Origin: Alphaproteobacteria bacterium
Lineage (GTDB): Bacteria > Pseudomonadota > Alphaproteobacteria > Caulobacterales > Maricaulaceae
DNA: 64,000 nucleotides
Direction: 5' to 3'
Assembly (NCBI GenBank): GCA_018222865.1
Contig: JAAEZM010000003.1
Span: 70,795-134,794 of the forward strand
Under the pieces are notes generated by a model, which saw only the letters and a list, made by a program, of their open reading frames with translations, was not told the DNA's origin and ran no database searches. Every line of letters starts with the position of its first letter. Position 1 is the first letter of the stretch. Positions 28,025 to 37,675 of this stretch are shown one piece after another. The position numbers and the translations under genes are program-made.

Positions 28025-29883
28025 GCGCTCGCTTCCTTACCGGCACGCTTTACATGGGCGAGCACTGCGGTGAGCGCCCCGGGCGTAACGCCTTCAATAC
28101 GTGCAGCCTGACCCAGTGTTTCCGGCCGTGCCCGTTCCAGCTTCTCACGCGCTTCATTCGACAAGCCACCCACTCGCGTATAATCGAAATTCTCCGGGAT
28201 CCGGACCGCCTCGTCGCGGCGGAAGGCCAGAATATCCGCCTGTTGGCGCTCCAGATATCCGGCATACAGAGCATCAATCTCGATCTGCTCAATGATAGCT
28301 GGCGCGAGGTCTGCCAGCTCGGGCCATATCTCCGCCAGCTGCGCCCAATGAATATCCGGATAGGCCAGAAGATCGCTGACATTCCGGCGCTTCCCATCCT
28401 GATTGACGCTCAAACCCATGGATTTCGCTTCCGGTGGGGTCAGTGTCAGACGTGACGTTAGCGCCTTTGCCGCCTCAAGGTCCGCGATCTTGGCCGTAAA
28501 CGCTTCGGCGCGCCTCGCACTGGCAAAACCCAGATCAATCGCTTTTGGGGTCAGTCTCTGGTCAGCATTATCCGCGCGCAGGGTCAATCGATACTCCGCC
28601 CGGGAGGTGAACATGCGGTAGGGCTCGGATACACCGCGCGTGATCAGATCATCGATCATCACACCAATATAGGCTTCTGAGCGCGACAGGATGACCGGAT
28701 CCTTGGACTGAGCGCTCCGCGCTGCATTCAAGCCAGCGATCAATCCTTGCGCTGCAGCTTCTTCATAACCCGTCGTGCCATTGATCTGACCCGCAAGCCA
28801 CAAACCCCTGGCTTTTCGGACTTGAAGCGTGGCGTCGAGCTCACGCGGATCGACATAATCATACTCGATCGCATAGCCGTAGCGGATCACCTCAACATTC
28901 GCGAGACCCGGCATGGTGCGCAGGAAGCGATCCTGCACCGCCTCAGGAAGCGATGAGGAGATCCCATTGGGATAAACCGTGTCGTCATCCAGCCCCTCTG
29001 GCTCAAGGAAGACCTGGTGACTATTCCGATCGGCGAAGCGGTGAACCTTATCTTCAATCGAGGGGCAGTAACGCGGTCCTCGACCGGCAATCGCGCCGCT
29101 ATAAACAGCCGACTGCTCGATATTTTCCGCGATAATCCGATGCGTTTCTTCTGTTGTCCGGGACACACCACACGTGATTTGCGGCACTTCAATCTTTTCG
29201 GTCAGAAAGGAGAAGGGAACCGGATCAGCATCCGCGGGCTGTTGTTCCAGGCTCTCCCAGTCAATTGTTGATTTGCGCAATCGGGCCGGCGTGCCGGTTT
29301 TCAAACGCCCCATGGCCAGGTTGAGACCATAGAGCGTATCCGACAATCCAATCGACGGCGCCTCATCCACGCGGCCGGCCGGGATGCGCTCCTCACCTCT
29401 ATGGATCATCCCCTTCAGGAATGTTCCCGTCGTAAGCACAACCGCCTGGGCTGTATAGGACTGGCCGCGCGCATCAACCACACCGCGACAAACGCCCTCC
29501 TCGAAAATCAGATCCTCAACGGCTGCAGCACGCAGGGTCAGATTTGGCGTTTCAGCCAGCTCCGCCTGCATCGCTTCACGATAAAGCTTGCGATCCGATT
29601 GAGTGCGCGGTCCACGAACTGCGGGCCCTTTTGAGCGATTGAGAAGGCGGAACTGGATACCGGACACGTCTGCGATACGCCCCATAATGCCGTCAAGGGC
29701 ATCAATCTCGCGCACGAGATGGCCCTTTCCAAGCCCGCCAATCGCGGGATTGCAGGACATTTCTCCGATGGTTTCCAGCTTGTGCGTGATCAGCAAAGTC
29801 CTGGCACCGGCTCGCGCCGAAGCCGCAGCGGCTTCACAGCCCGCATGCCCGCCGCCAATAACGATGACATCCCAATCACTCAT
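28021..29883 (-). CDS. mnmG: tRNA uridine-5-carboxymethylaminomethyl(34) synthesis enzyme MnmG (GidA)
   Basis: [18 protein letters not shown] fold. Full-length GidA pattern. Confidence 0.97.
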   Translation of the reverse strand: MSDWDVIVIGGGHAGCEAAAASARAGARTLLITHKLETIGEMSCNPAIGGLGKGHLVREIDALDGIMGRIADVSGIQFRLLNRSKGPAVRGPRTQSDRKLYREAMQAELAETPNLTLRAAAVEDLIFEEGVCRGVVDARGQSYTAQAVVLTTGTFLKGMIHRGEERIPAGRVDEAPSIGLSDTLYGLNLAMGRLKTGTPARLRKSTIDWESLEQQPADADPVPFSFLTEKIEVPQITCGVSRTTEETHRIIAENIEQSAVYSGAIAGRGPRYCPSIEDKVHRFADRNSHQVFLEPEGLDDDTVYPNGISSSLPEAVQDRFLRTMPGLANVEVIRYGYAIEYDYVDPRELDATLQVRKARGLWLAGQINGTTGYEEAAAQGLIAGLNAARSAQSKDPVILSRSEAYIGVMIDDLITRGVSEPYRMFTSRAEYRLTLRADNADQRLTPKAIDLGFASARRAEAFTAKIADLEAAKALTSRLTLTPPEAKSMGLSVNQDGKRRNVSDLLAYPDIHWAQLAEIWPELADLAPAIIEQIEIDALYAGYLERQQADILAFRRDEAVRIPENFDYTRVGGLSNEAREKLERARPETLGQAARIEGVTPGALTAVLAHVKRAGKEASA

Positions 29884-30023
29884 TGAGTCTTCTCTCTTTC
29901 ACAGCGCACTCGAACTCAGCCGTTGCGTTGCACCGGTCCATAATATGGCCGCTTTAAAATCAGGAGCGGTTACATAATGCCACGGGGAGGCAGAGTCGAG
30001 ACAGGCTCTGAGAATTCGGCCCG

Positions 30024-30039
30024 TGTTTCACGTGAAACA
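30024..30039. promoter_or_regulatory. parS: parS centromere site (perfect TGTTTCACGTGAAACA), intergenic between mnmE and mnmG
   Basis: The identical 16-mer to the site at 27977-27992, 15 nt downstream of the mnmE stop. Confidence 0.85.
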
Positions 30040-30054
30040 CGACATCACCGTAAA

Positions 30055-31371
30055 TTACTTCCCAATGCAGAACTGACTGAAGACGCGGTCGAGAATATCC
30101 TCGACATCAACCCGGCCGGTGAGACTCTCGAGAGATCGCACCGCCAGCCTAGCATCTTCACCCGCCAGCTCGGGCGCATCCGCCAAGTTCATCTGGCACC
30201 GCTCCAAAGCCTGGACCGCACTCTCTACAGCGCGGCGATGGCGCGCACGGCTCAGGGCGGGTGCCTCTCGAGCGGATAGGCGCGCCTGGACGATCTCCTC
30301 AATCCGGCGCTCCAACACTTCCACTCCATCCCCGGACTTGGCACTGAGACCGTAGGCCCCGTCAGATTGCGCTTCCGGAGCCAAATCCAGCTTATTGAGA
30401 ACCAGAAGATCATCATCCTGCAATCGGCCCTGCAGATCGACCAATTCCTCACGCGATCTTGCATCAGCAACACCAATTCTCAGATCCGCTTCAACCGCTC
30501 GATCCAAGGCTCGCCGGACACCCTCTGCTTCCACAGCATCAACAGCCTCACGCAAACCCGCCGTGTCCGAGATAATCACGGGGAAACCACCCATCACGAC
30601 ACGGACCTCGATTATGTCCCGCGTTGTTCCCGGAATATCGGTCACGATTGCCGCATCGCGGCGCGCTAATCGATTCAGCAGGCTGGACTTGCCGGCATTC
30701 GGCGCTCCGATGAGCGCTATCGTGAAACCTGATCGCGTCCGCTCCCCGCGACGTCCATCATCAAGATGCGAGGTCATGGAGGTTATCAGATCGGCAAGCG
30801 GCTGATAGGCGCGGTGAGACAGGGCGTCGGGTACATCGTCTTCATCCGGGAAATCAATCTCGCCCTCAATCGACGCCATGGCGCCAATCAAGTCTTCCCG
30901 CCATGCCTCATAAACCGTGCGCAGGGATCCGGAGAGCTGGGCCAGCGCCTGTTGTCTTTGTCCTTCGGTCTCCGCATCAATGAGGTCGGCGAGACCTTCA
31001 GCCTCTGTCAAATCGAGCTGGCCGTTTTCAAAGGCGCGTCGAGTAAACTCTCCCGGTTCCGCCGGGATGCCGCCAGCCTCATCAACGGCCTCCAACACAG
31101 CCTCGATGACGGCACTACCGCCATGTATGTGGAATTCGACGCAATCCTCGCCGGTGAAACTGGCAGGGCCGGGGAAATAGAGCACAAGGGCCTGATCCAG
31201 CGCTGCACCGTCTTCACTCCGAAGCGTTCTGAGAACGGCGCGGCGCGCTGGCGGGGTCGGCCGACCTGTAAGCGCCACAAGGATCCCGCCGGCATAATCG
31301 CCAGACACTCGAATTATCGCGACACCAGACCGCCCCGGCGCCGTTGAGAGGGCATAAATTGTTGTATTCAA
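30055..31371 (-). CDS. mnmE: tRNA modification GTPase MnmE (TrmE)
   Basis: G domain with GAPNAGKSSLLN and DTAGLRE, plus the C-terminal FCIGK motif. The TTG start directly abuts the stop of the upstream small ORF. Confidence 0.96.
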   Translation of the reverse strand: MNTTIYALSTAPGRSGVAIIRVSGDYAGGILVALTGRPTPPARRAVLRTLRSEDGAALDQALVLYFPGPASFTGEDCVEFHIHGGSAVIEAVLEAVDEAGGIPAEPGEFTRRAFENGQLDLTEAEGLADLIDAETEGQRQQALAQLSGSLRTVYEAWREDLIGAMASIEGEIDFPDEDDVPDALSHRAYQPLADLITSMTSHLDDGRRGERTRSGFTIALIGAPNAGKSSLLNRLARRDAAIVTDIPGTTRDIIEVRVVMGGFPVIISDTAGLREAVDAVEAEGVRRALDRAVEADLRIGVADARSREELVDLQGRLQDDDLLVLNKLDLAPEAQSDGAYGLSAKSGDGVEVLERRIEEIVQARLSAREAPALSRARHRRAVESAVQALERCQMNLADAPELAGEDARLAVRSLESLTGRVDVEDILDRVFSQFCIGK

Positions 31372-31650
31372 TTACTTTTTCGTCGTTGTTGTCGCACCAC
31401 CAGCAGCCGTGCGCATCAATCCCATGAAATGATCAGTCATCTGCCCGCCAAAGGCCGTCCATTGTCGCATCAAAGCTTCCGGCTCCATAGAGTCCATATT
31501 CGCTTCCATGCGTTTGATCATCTCCTCAATCATCCGGTCATTGAGCACGGAGACATCAGGAAGGCCGAGAAAAGCGCGTGCTTCTTCCGGTGAACACTCG
31601 ATATCGATATTGACCTTCATCCCTGCCTCGCTGATCAGTTGTTGTGACAC
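31372..31650 (-). CDS. small conserved hypothetical protein (92 aa) upstream of mnmE
   Basis: Its stop codon is immediately followed by the mnmE start (tight coupling). No domain name recalled with confidence. Confidence 0.6.
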   Translation of the reverse strand: MSQQLISEAGMKVNIDIECSPEEARAFLGLPDVSVLNDRMIEEMIKRMEANMDSMEPEALMRQWTAFGGQMTDHFMGLMRTAAGGATTTTKK

Positions 31651-31670
31651 CCACTCAATAGGAGCCCGCC

Positions 31671-32369
31671 ATGCCCGGTCAAGATATCCAGATTCAAGGT
31701 CCCGATGGGAGCTTTTCCGCCTATCTCGCGAAACCCGCTTCCGGCCAGGGTCCTGGCATTGTCGTTCTACAAGAGATTTTCGGCGTCAATGATGTGATGC
31801 GCGGACATTGTGATCAGCTCGCAGCTGCCGGTTTCACGGCGATCTGCCCGGACCTTTTCTGGCGTATCGAACCAGGTATCCAGATTTCCGACAAGACCGA
31901 TGAAGAATTGGCTCAGGCCTTTGATCTCTTCGGCAAGTTCGACGTTGACGCGGGAATGGTTGATATCAAGGCCACGATTGATGCCCTGCGCTCGCATGAG
32001 GCGTCGAATGGCAAAGTCGGCGCTATGGGCTATTGCCTGGGCGGACTGCTTGCCTATCTGACGGCCTGCCACACGGATAGCGACGCCACAGTCGGTTATT
32101 ATGGCGTTTCAATCCAGGACCGCCTCGCCGATGCCAAAGGGATAAAAAACCCGCTCATGCTCCACATTGCCGGCCAGGACGAATTCGTTCCAGCCGAGGC
32201 TCAGGCGGCCATGCATGCTGGCCTCGACAACCATCCACAGGTTCAGCTGCATGATTATCCGGATATGGATCATGCCTTCGCGCGCACGGACGGACGCCAT
32301 TATAATGCCGAGCAGGCGCGCATAGCAGATACGCGCACGCTCGACTTCTTCAAAGCCAATCTCGGCTAG
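31671..32369 (+). CDS. dienelactone hydrolase family protein (carboxymethylenebutenolidase-like)
   Basis: GPGIVVLQEIFGVN, GYCLGG (nucleophile elbow with Cys) and a C-terminal DHAF motif. Confidence 0.85.
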   Translation: MPGQDIQIQGPDGSFSAYLAKPASGQGPGIVVLQEIFGVNDVMRGHCDQLAAAGFTAICPDLFWRIEPGIQISDKTDEELAQAFDLFGKFDVDAGMVDIKATIDALRSHEASNGKVGAMGYCLGGLLAYLTACHTDSDATVGYYGVSIQDRLADAKGIKNPLMLHIAGQDEFVPAEAQAAMHAGLDNHPQVQLHDYPDMDHAFARTDGRHYNAEQARIADTRTLDFFKANLG

Positions 32370-32378
32370 GAAAGATGG

Positions 32379-33014
32379 CTAGGCGGTGGCGGTCTTCCAA
32401 CCGTCCCGCTCCGTCATCCGTTTGAAGTAGGATTTCACGCTTTCGGGCAAGTCATCGAACTGACCGATCAGCTTTAACAGGAAGAGCATATAGACCACGG
32501 AGATATCTGCTGCGGTGAAGCGATCCGCAGCGATAAACTCGCGATCTTCAATCCCGGCTTCGGCGAGCGCCGCGATCACCTTATCGGTCTCCACTTTTGA
32601 CCAGGCGGCCATCTCCGGGCTGCGCTTATCCTCTGGCAAGAGCACGGTATGGCCCATCAACAATGAGACCGGCATCAGCATTCCAGCCTCTCCGAAATGC
32701 AGCCAGTTCAGAAACCGCCCGTAATCCGCTTCATCCGGTCTTACATTCAGCGAACTGTCCGGCGCATAGCGACCCAGAATATACTGCATAATGGCCAGGG
32801 ACTCGCACACGACCGTATCGCCATCGGTGAGTGCGGGCACTTTCCGCAATGGGTTGATTTTTGCGTAGGCCTCATCACCTGCGGGTCGGGTTTTGAACTG
32901 GACGTCCTCCACCGAGTAAGGAAGCCCGATTTCTTCCAACAGCCATTTCACCCGGATCGAGCGCGTGCGCGGTGCGTGATAGAGTTTAAGTTCTGCGTTT
33001 GCGATATCGGCCAT
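32379..33014 (-). CDS. glutathione S-transferase family protein
   Basis: LKLYHAPRTRSIRVKWLLEE...NPLRKVPALTDGDTVVCESLAI (thioredoxin-like N domain). ATG 33014 with GAGGGG 8 nt upstream. Confidence 0.85.
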   Translation of the reverse strand: MADIANAELKLYHAPRTRSIRVKWLLEEIGLPYSVEDVQFKTRPAGDEAYAKINPLRKVPALTDGDTVVCESLAIMQYILGRYAPDSSLNVRPDEADYGRFLNWLHFGEAGMLMPVSLLMGHTVLLPEDKRSPEMAAWSKVETDKVIAALAEAGIEDREFIAADRFTAADISVVYMLFLLKLIGQFDDLPESVKSYFKRMTERDGWKTATA

Positions 33015-33072
33015 GTACCTGCCCCTCACTGTCTTGTGCCTGTTTCAGAGCGGAGAGTAGAGCGAAGTGCCA

Positions 33073-33104
33073 AAGAAAAAAGCCGCCTGTATCACAGACG
33101 GCTT
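33073..33104 (-). terminator. intrinsic terminator downstream of rho
   Basis: Minus strand: AAGCCG-t-CTGT-GAT-ACAG-g-CGGCTT followed by TTTTTCTTTGG. Confidence 0.55.
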
Positions 33105-33129
33105 CTTCATAAACACGCTTCTGTCCCGA

Positions 33130-34434
33130 TCAGGTGTTCATCGAGTCAAAGAAATCATCATTCGTCTTCGTCTGGCGAAGCTTATCAAGCAGGAACTCGA
33201 TCGCGTCCTGAGCGCCCATCGGATTGAGGATCCGGCGCAGGACATACATTTTCTGTAGCTGAACCCGGTCAACCAGGAGCTCTTCCTTACGCGTTCCGGA
33301 TTTGAGGATATCAATCGCCGGGAAGACGCGCTTATCAGCGACCTTCCGGTCAAGAACCACTTCCGAGTTACCCGTGCCCTTGAATTCCTCGAAGATGACT
33401 TCATCCATCCGCGAGCCTGTATCAATCAGGGCGGTCGCGATAATCGTCAAAGAACCACCATTCTCGATATTCCGTGCCGCACCGAAGAAGCGCTTTGGAC
33501 GCTGCAGGGCATTGGCATCAACACCGCCGGTCAGAACCTTGCCGGAGCTTGGGACGACAGTGTTATAGGCTCGGCCAAGGCGGGTAATGGAATCCAACAG
33601 GATCACCACATCCCGGCCGTGCTCGACCAGGCGCTTGGCTTTCTCGATAACCATCTCCGCGACTTGGACGTGCCGCGTTGCCGGCTCGTCAAAGGTTGAG
33701 GAGATAACCTCACCTTTCACCGTCCGCTGCATATCTGTCACTTCCTCCGGACGCTCATCAATGAGCAGAACCATGAGGTAGCATTCAGGATGATTGGTCT
33801 CGATTGCATGGGCGATATTCTGCAGCAGGACAGTCTTACCCGTCCGCGGCGGCGCGACGATCAGACCACGCTGACCTTTACCCAGCGGCGAAACAATATC
33901 GATGACCCGGCCCGAGCGGTCTTTTACCGTCGGATCGGGCTGCTCCATCACAAACCGGCTTTCGGGATAAAGAGGCGTCAGATTGTCAAAGTGAACCTTG
34001 TGCCGCGCCGATTCCGGATCCTGGAAATTGATCGAGCTGATCTTGAGGAGTGCGAAATACCGTTCACCGTCGCGCGGGCTACGGATCTCGCCCTCGACCG
34101 TATCACCCGTCCGCAAGCCGAATTTCCGGATTTGCGTTGGTGAGACATAAATATCATCCGGGCCGGCAAGATAGTTGGACTCTGGCGAGCGCAAAAAGCC
34201 AAACCCGTCCTGGAGCACTTCGAGAACGCCGCCGCCATGGATCTCCAAGCCTTTTTCAGCACAGGCCTTGAGAATGGCAAACATCATGCCCTGTTTTCGC
34301 AGGGAAGACGCGTTCTCGATTTCGAGTGCTTCGGCAATCTCGAGGAGATCGGTCGCTTTCTTCTCCTTGAGATCCTGGAGCGTCATACGCTCGAGGCCTT
34401 CGAGAAGCTGGGGCAATGCGGTATCTTCGGTCAT
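33130..34434 (-). CDS. rho: transcription termination factor Rho
   Basis: N-terminal RNA-binding domain (GFGFLR) and P-loop [12 protein letters not shown]. Full length. Confidence 0.98.
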   Translation of the reverse strand: MTEDTALPQLLEGLERMTLQDLKEKKATDLLEIAEALEIENASSLRKQGMMFAILKACAEKGLEIHGGGVLEVLQDGFGFLRSPESNYLAGPDDIYVSPTQIRKFGLRTGDTVEGEIRSPRDGERYFALLKISSINFQDPESARHKVHFDNLTPLYPESRFVMEQPDPTVKDRSGRVIDIVSPLGKGQRGLIVAPPRTGKTVLLQNIAHAIETNHPECYLMVLLIDERPEEVTDMQRTVKGEVISSTFDEPATRHVQVAEMVIEKAKRLVEHGRDVVILLDSITRLGRAYNTVVPSSGKVLTGGVDANALQRPKRFFGAARNIENGGSLTIIATALIDTGSRMDEVIFEEFKGTGNSEVVLDRKVADKRVFPAIDILKSGTRKEELLVDRVQLQKMYVLRRILNPMGAQDAIEFLLDKLRQTKTNDDFFDSMNT

Positions 34435-34657
34435 AACAAATCTACACAGAAAATGGGGTCAATTCCCGGACCAGGAATATCGTCGGTCTAGCAAGGACAA
34501 TGCCGGTTTGAGGCCAGCGCTATTTTGCATTCGGAACCTGACTACTGGCGGCGCTCGAAGCGCTCGGCCGTCAGGAAAGGAAAGGTCTCTTTTCAGGAGT
34601 CGGATAACCCTTGCCATGCAGCATGCACAGCGTCAAGCGACTTGCGCGTATCGTGGA

Positions 34658-35113
34658 CTATTTCAACGCAACCGTCGCGATCAAGACGATGAAAATCGCG
34701 GCCAGGAATGGCATTTCATTCAAGATGCGATAGCGCTTGTGCGGCCAGTCATTAGTGCCGGCTTCAAAATGCTTGAAGCGCAGCGCATAGAGATGATGAA
34801 GTCCGGTCATAATGAAGACCAGAATAAACTTGGCAGCCCAAGCCCAGCTGAGGAAAATCTCCCATCCGCCCGCACGCTCAGCATTCGACCAGACAAGCAG
34901 AAGACCAAAAATCCAGGTCGAAATCATCGCCGGGTTCATGATAAGTTTCAGGAGTCGGCGTTCCTGGAGTTTCAGCGTCGCGTCCAGCTCGCCATCAGCT
35001 TCCGCACCACAATGATAGACGAACAGCCGCGGCAGATAGAGCAGCCCGGCCATCCAGGCGATGAATGACAGGATGTGCAATCCCCGAAACCAGTCATAAC
35101 CCTCGAGTATCAT
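34658..35113 (-). CDS. hemJ: protoporphyrinogen oxidase HemJ
   Basis: GLHILSFIAWMAGLLYLPRLFVYH is the HemJ/UPF0093 signature. About four TM helices. Adjacent to hemH and hemE. Confidence 0.85.
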   Translation of the reverse strand: MILEGYDWFRGLHILSFIAWMAGLLYLPRLFVYHCGAEADGELDATLKLQERRLLKLIMNPAMISTWIFGLLLVWSNAERAGGWEIFLSWAWAAKFILVFIMTGLHHLYALRFKHFEAGTNDWPHKRYRILNEMPFLAAIFIVLIATVALK

Positions 35114-35141
35114 GGATTAATCATCTCGCTTGAGGCTGATA

Positions 35142-36179
35142 TCAGGCTTCCCGACAGGGACAGGCCGAGAAACCGGCCGGACAAATCCTGCGGCCTTCAC
35201 AGCTTGGCGTATCCGCTTTCCGGGACAGGACGTCAAGAACCAGCTTTGATAACGCCCTGATATAATGAGGGTGATCGCCAAGTGCTGGAACCCGGAGATA
35301 GGTTTCCACACCATGTTCCTCAGCCAGTTCGAGATATTCCTCATCCAGCTCGACAAGTGTTTCAATATGCTCGGAGACGAAGGCAATGGGCGTCAGCAAT
35401 ATCGCTTTCTTGTCCTTGCCCGCACCTTCGATAGCGTCTTCGGTTGATGGACCAATCCACTCGAGTGGCCCCACACGGCTTTGATAACAGACCTGCCAAT
35501 CTGTCAGCTCTGGAAGACGTTCTGCCACCGCAGCACAGGTTTGTTCCACCTGCCATTGATAGGGATCGCCAGCATCGACGATTTTCTTTGGCAAACCATG
35601 TGCGGAATAAAGCACACGGCAATTCTCCGGCTTTCCGGCATCTTCCCAGGTCTTCCGGATCAGATCGGCATGGGCCTGGATAAAGTCTTCCTGCAAAGGA
35701 TAACAGCCCACAATCCTTGCGCTTTCTCCCCCGGCATCGCGCCAGGCCTTCAGCGATGAGCCGGTGGTCGTGGTGGAGAATTGCGGATAGAGCGGCAAAA
35801 GCACGACTTCATCTGCGCCCCATTGCTTCACCTCTTTGGCGACATCTTCGGTGAAAGGGTGCCAATACCGCATGGCCGGCCAGATCTTGATCTCCCAGCC
35901 TTCAAGCTCTGCAGACACCGCTGCGTTCAGAGCCTCAGCCTGTTTCAAGGTTTCCGGCATGATCGGCGAACCGCCGCCCATTTTGGCATAGTTTTCCCGC
36001 GCTGACTTATCGCGAAGTGTCGAAATGAGCCAGGCCAGCATTTCCCGGATCGGCCCAGGCGCCTGGATAATCGCTGGATCCCTGAAGAGGTTCCGCAAGA
36101 AAGGCCGAACAGATTCCGGTTTGTCCGGTCCACCCAGATTGAACAGGACGATGGCAAGCTTGCGGGCAGGTTCAGACAC
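35142..36179 (-). CDS. hemH: ferrochelatase
   Basis: VLFNLGGPD...LLPLYPQFS...SAHGLP...FVSEHIETL. Confidence 0.95.
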   Translation of the reverse strand: MSEPARKLAIVLFNLGGPDKPESVRPFLRNLFRDPAIIQAPGPIREMLAWLISTLRDKSARENYAKMGGGSPIMPETLKQAEALNAAVSAELEGWEIKIWPAMRYWHPFTEDVAKEVKQWGADEVVLLPLYPQFSTTTTGSSLKAWRDAGGESARIVGCYPLQEDFIQAHADLIRKTWEDAGKPENCRVLYSAHGLPKKIVDAGDPYQWQVEQTCAAVAERLPELTDWQVCYQSRVGPLEWIGPSTEDAIEGAGKDKKAILLTPIAFVSEHIETLVELDEEYLELAEEHGVETYLRVPALGDHPHYIRALSKLVLDVLSRKADTPSCEGRRICPAGFSACPCREA

Positions 36180-36202
36180 GAGGAAAGTCCTTTTTGGGGG
36201 CT

Positions 36203-37237
36203 CTAGCGCTGGCGCAGCGTATCCAGCAGCAGATGAACATGATCAACGGGCACGTCCGGCGTAATGCCATGCCCGAGATTGAAGATATGGGGCCGACCTG
36301 ACCAAGCGTCCACCAAACGTCTGACCTCGGACTGCAGGACCTCGCCGCCTGCTCTCAATGCCGCTGGATCCAGATGACCTTGCACCGGCATGCCTTTGGG
36401 CAGATTCGCATCCGCCCAAGCCGGATCAACCGCCGTGTCCAGAGCAATCGCCGTTACACCTGTTTCCCTCGCATAGAGTGGGTAGAGCGTACCTGCACCG
36501 CGCGGAAACCCGATGATCGGCACCGTGACGCCAGCCGCCCGCACCTTGTCGACAATCCGCTTTGTCGGCCGAATGATCACACGTTCAAAGAGCGGCTGAG
36601 GTAGTCCCTCCGCCCAGCTATCAAAGAGTTTGAGAACTTCCGCTCCAGCCTCTGCCTGCATGACCAGATAATCTGCAGTGACATCAGCGATCCGGTCCAA
36701 CATTCCATCAAAGGCCTCAGCCTGGGCATAGGCTGCAACCCGCGTGAAGTATCGGTCTTTGGACCCTCCACCCTCAACCATGTAAGTGGCAACGGTCCAG
36801 GGTGAACCGGCAAAACCGATCAGCGTGGTTTCTTTCGGAAGATCTTTTTTCACTCGCCGCAGAGTCTCTGCAATCGGTGAGAGGACCTCATGGGTCTGAT
36901 CCAGACGCAAATCCTGATAATTCGCTGGATCAAATGGCTCCAGCTTGGGCCCTTCCCCCGTTACGAACCAGACCTTGCGACCCAGAGCGATTGGCACCAA
37001 CAAAATATCAGCGAACATGATCGCCGCATCAAAGCCAAAACGTCGTATCGGCTGGAGTGTCACTTCCGAAGCGAGGTCTGGTGAGAAACAGAAATCGATA
37101 AAATTCTTCGCGCGTGAGCGGACCTCACGATATTCGGCGAGATAACGGCCAGCCTGTCGCATAAGCCATACAGGAGGCGGAGAGATCGTCTGGCCGGCAA
37201 GGACGTCCAGGATCGGCTTGGAGAGCGTATCGGTCAT
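36203..37237 (-). CDS. hemE: uroporphyrinogen decarboxylase
   Basis: PPVWLMRQAGRYLAEYR is the canonical HemE N-terminus. Full length. Confidence 0.96.
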   Translation of the reverse strand: MTDTLSKPILDVLAGQTISPPPVWLMRQAGRYLAEYREVRSRAKNFIDFCFSPDLASEVTLQPIRRFGFDAAIMFADILLVPIALGRKVWFVTGEGPKLEPFDPANYQDLRLDQTHEVLSPIAETLRRVKKDLPKETTLIGFAGSPWTVATYMVEGGGSKDRYFTRVAAYAQAEAFDGMLDRIADVTADYLVMQAEAGAEVLKLFDSWAEGLPQPLFERVIIRPTKRIVDKVRAAGVTVPIIGFPRGAGTLYPLYARETGVTAIALDTAVDPAWADANLPKGMPVQGHLDPAALRAGGEVLQSEVRRLVDAWSGRPHIFNLGHGITPDVPVDHVHLLLDTLRQR

Positions 37238-37675
37238 ACTGCCTGATTAGGCATCTCCGCGTGATCTATCAATGCGTCCTTTTCATTCTATAAAAATAAG
37301 ATCTTGAAAGAGTCGTGATTGTTGTGCCGTGAAAATCGGGGGTAGTGCCTTTTTGCTCAGTCCCGGGACATTTTCCTCGACTGGAAAACCTTGCTGATCC
37401 GAGGCCGGAACAGGCTGACGAAAAACAAAATTCCTATAGTAAAATCAGAAAACTATATTCGTGTCAGATGTGGATATCCTGTGTGGAGTTCCGGTATTTG
37501 CACTCCCGTTGAAATCATTCCACATTCTTCTCAACATGAGGCCGGACTGTGGAAATCCTCGTGGGTAATACGGGGTATGACCGGGGTATTCCCACATGAA
37601 GAATTCTCAGTCTGGTCGATTGAGGAAAACTGCCCAACTTATTAACAATTCGTAAACAGCTAATTGCGGAAAACC
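37238..37675. other. oriC: candidate chromosomal replication origin (hemE-adjacent, Caulobacter Cori-type)
   Basis: Largest non-coding gap in the window. Two tracts of about 20% GC by hand count (37281-37310 and 37421-37460). DnaA-box-like sites: TGTGGATAT 37469-37477 (8/9), TGTGGAAAT 37548-37556 (7/9), TGTGGAGTT 37482-37490 (6/9), CATTCCACA 37516-37524 (6/9). The flanking gene order hemE | gap | RP001-maf-aroE-coaE-dnaQ matches the arrangement published for the Caulobacter and Rickettsia origins. Confidence 0.55.

Noticed and set aside
37391-37645. 84-aa ORF inside the hemE/RP001 gap
   Set aside because: TTG start, no RBS and AT-rich, low-complexity coding. It overlaps the DnaA-box cluster, so it is more plausibly non-coding origin sequence.
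37642-37656. CtrA binding site at the origin candidate (TTAA-N7-TTAA)
   Set aside because: Only a 7/8 match (TTAA-N7-TAAA). Other near-misses (49694-49707 is TTAA-N6-TTAA; 25503-25517 is TTAA-N7-TTAG inside holA) have the wrong spacing or are coding. No perfect site occurs in the window.
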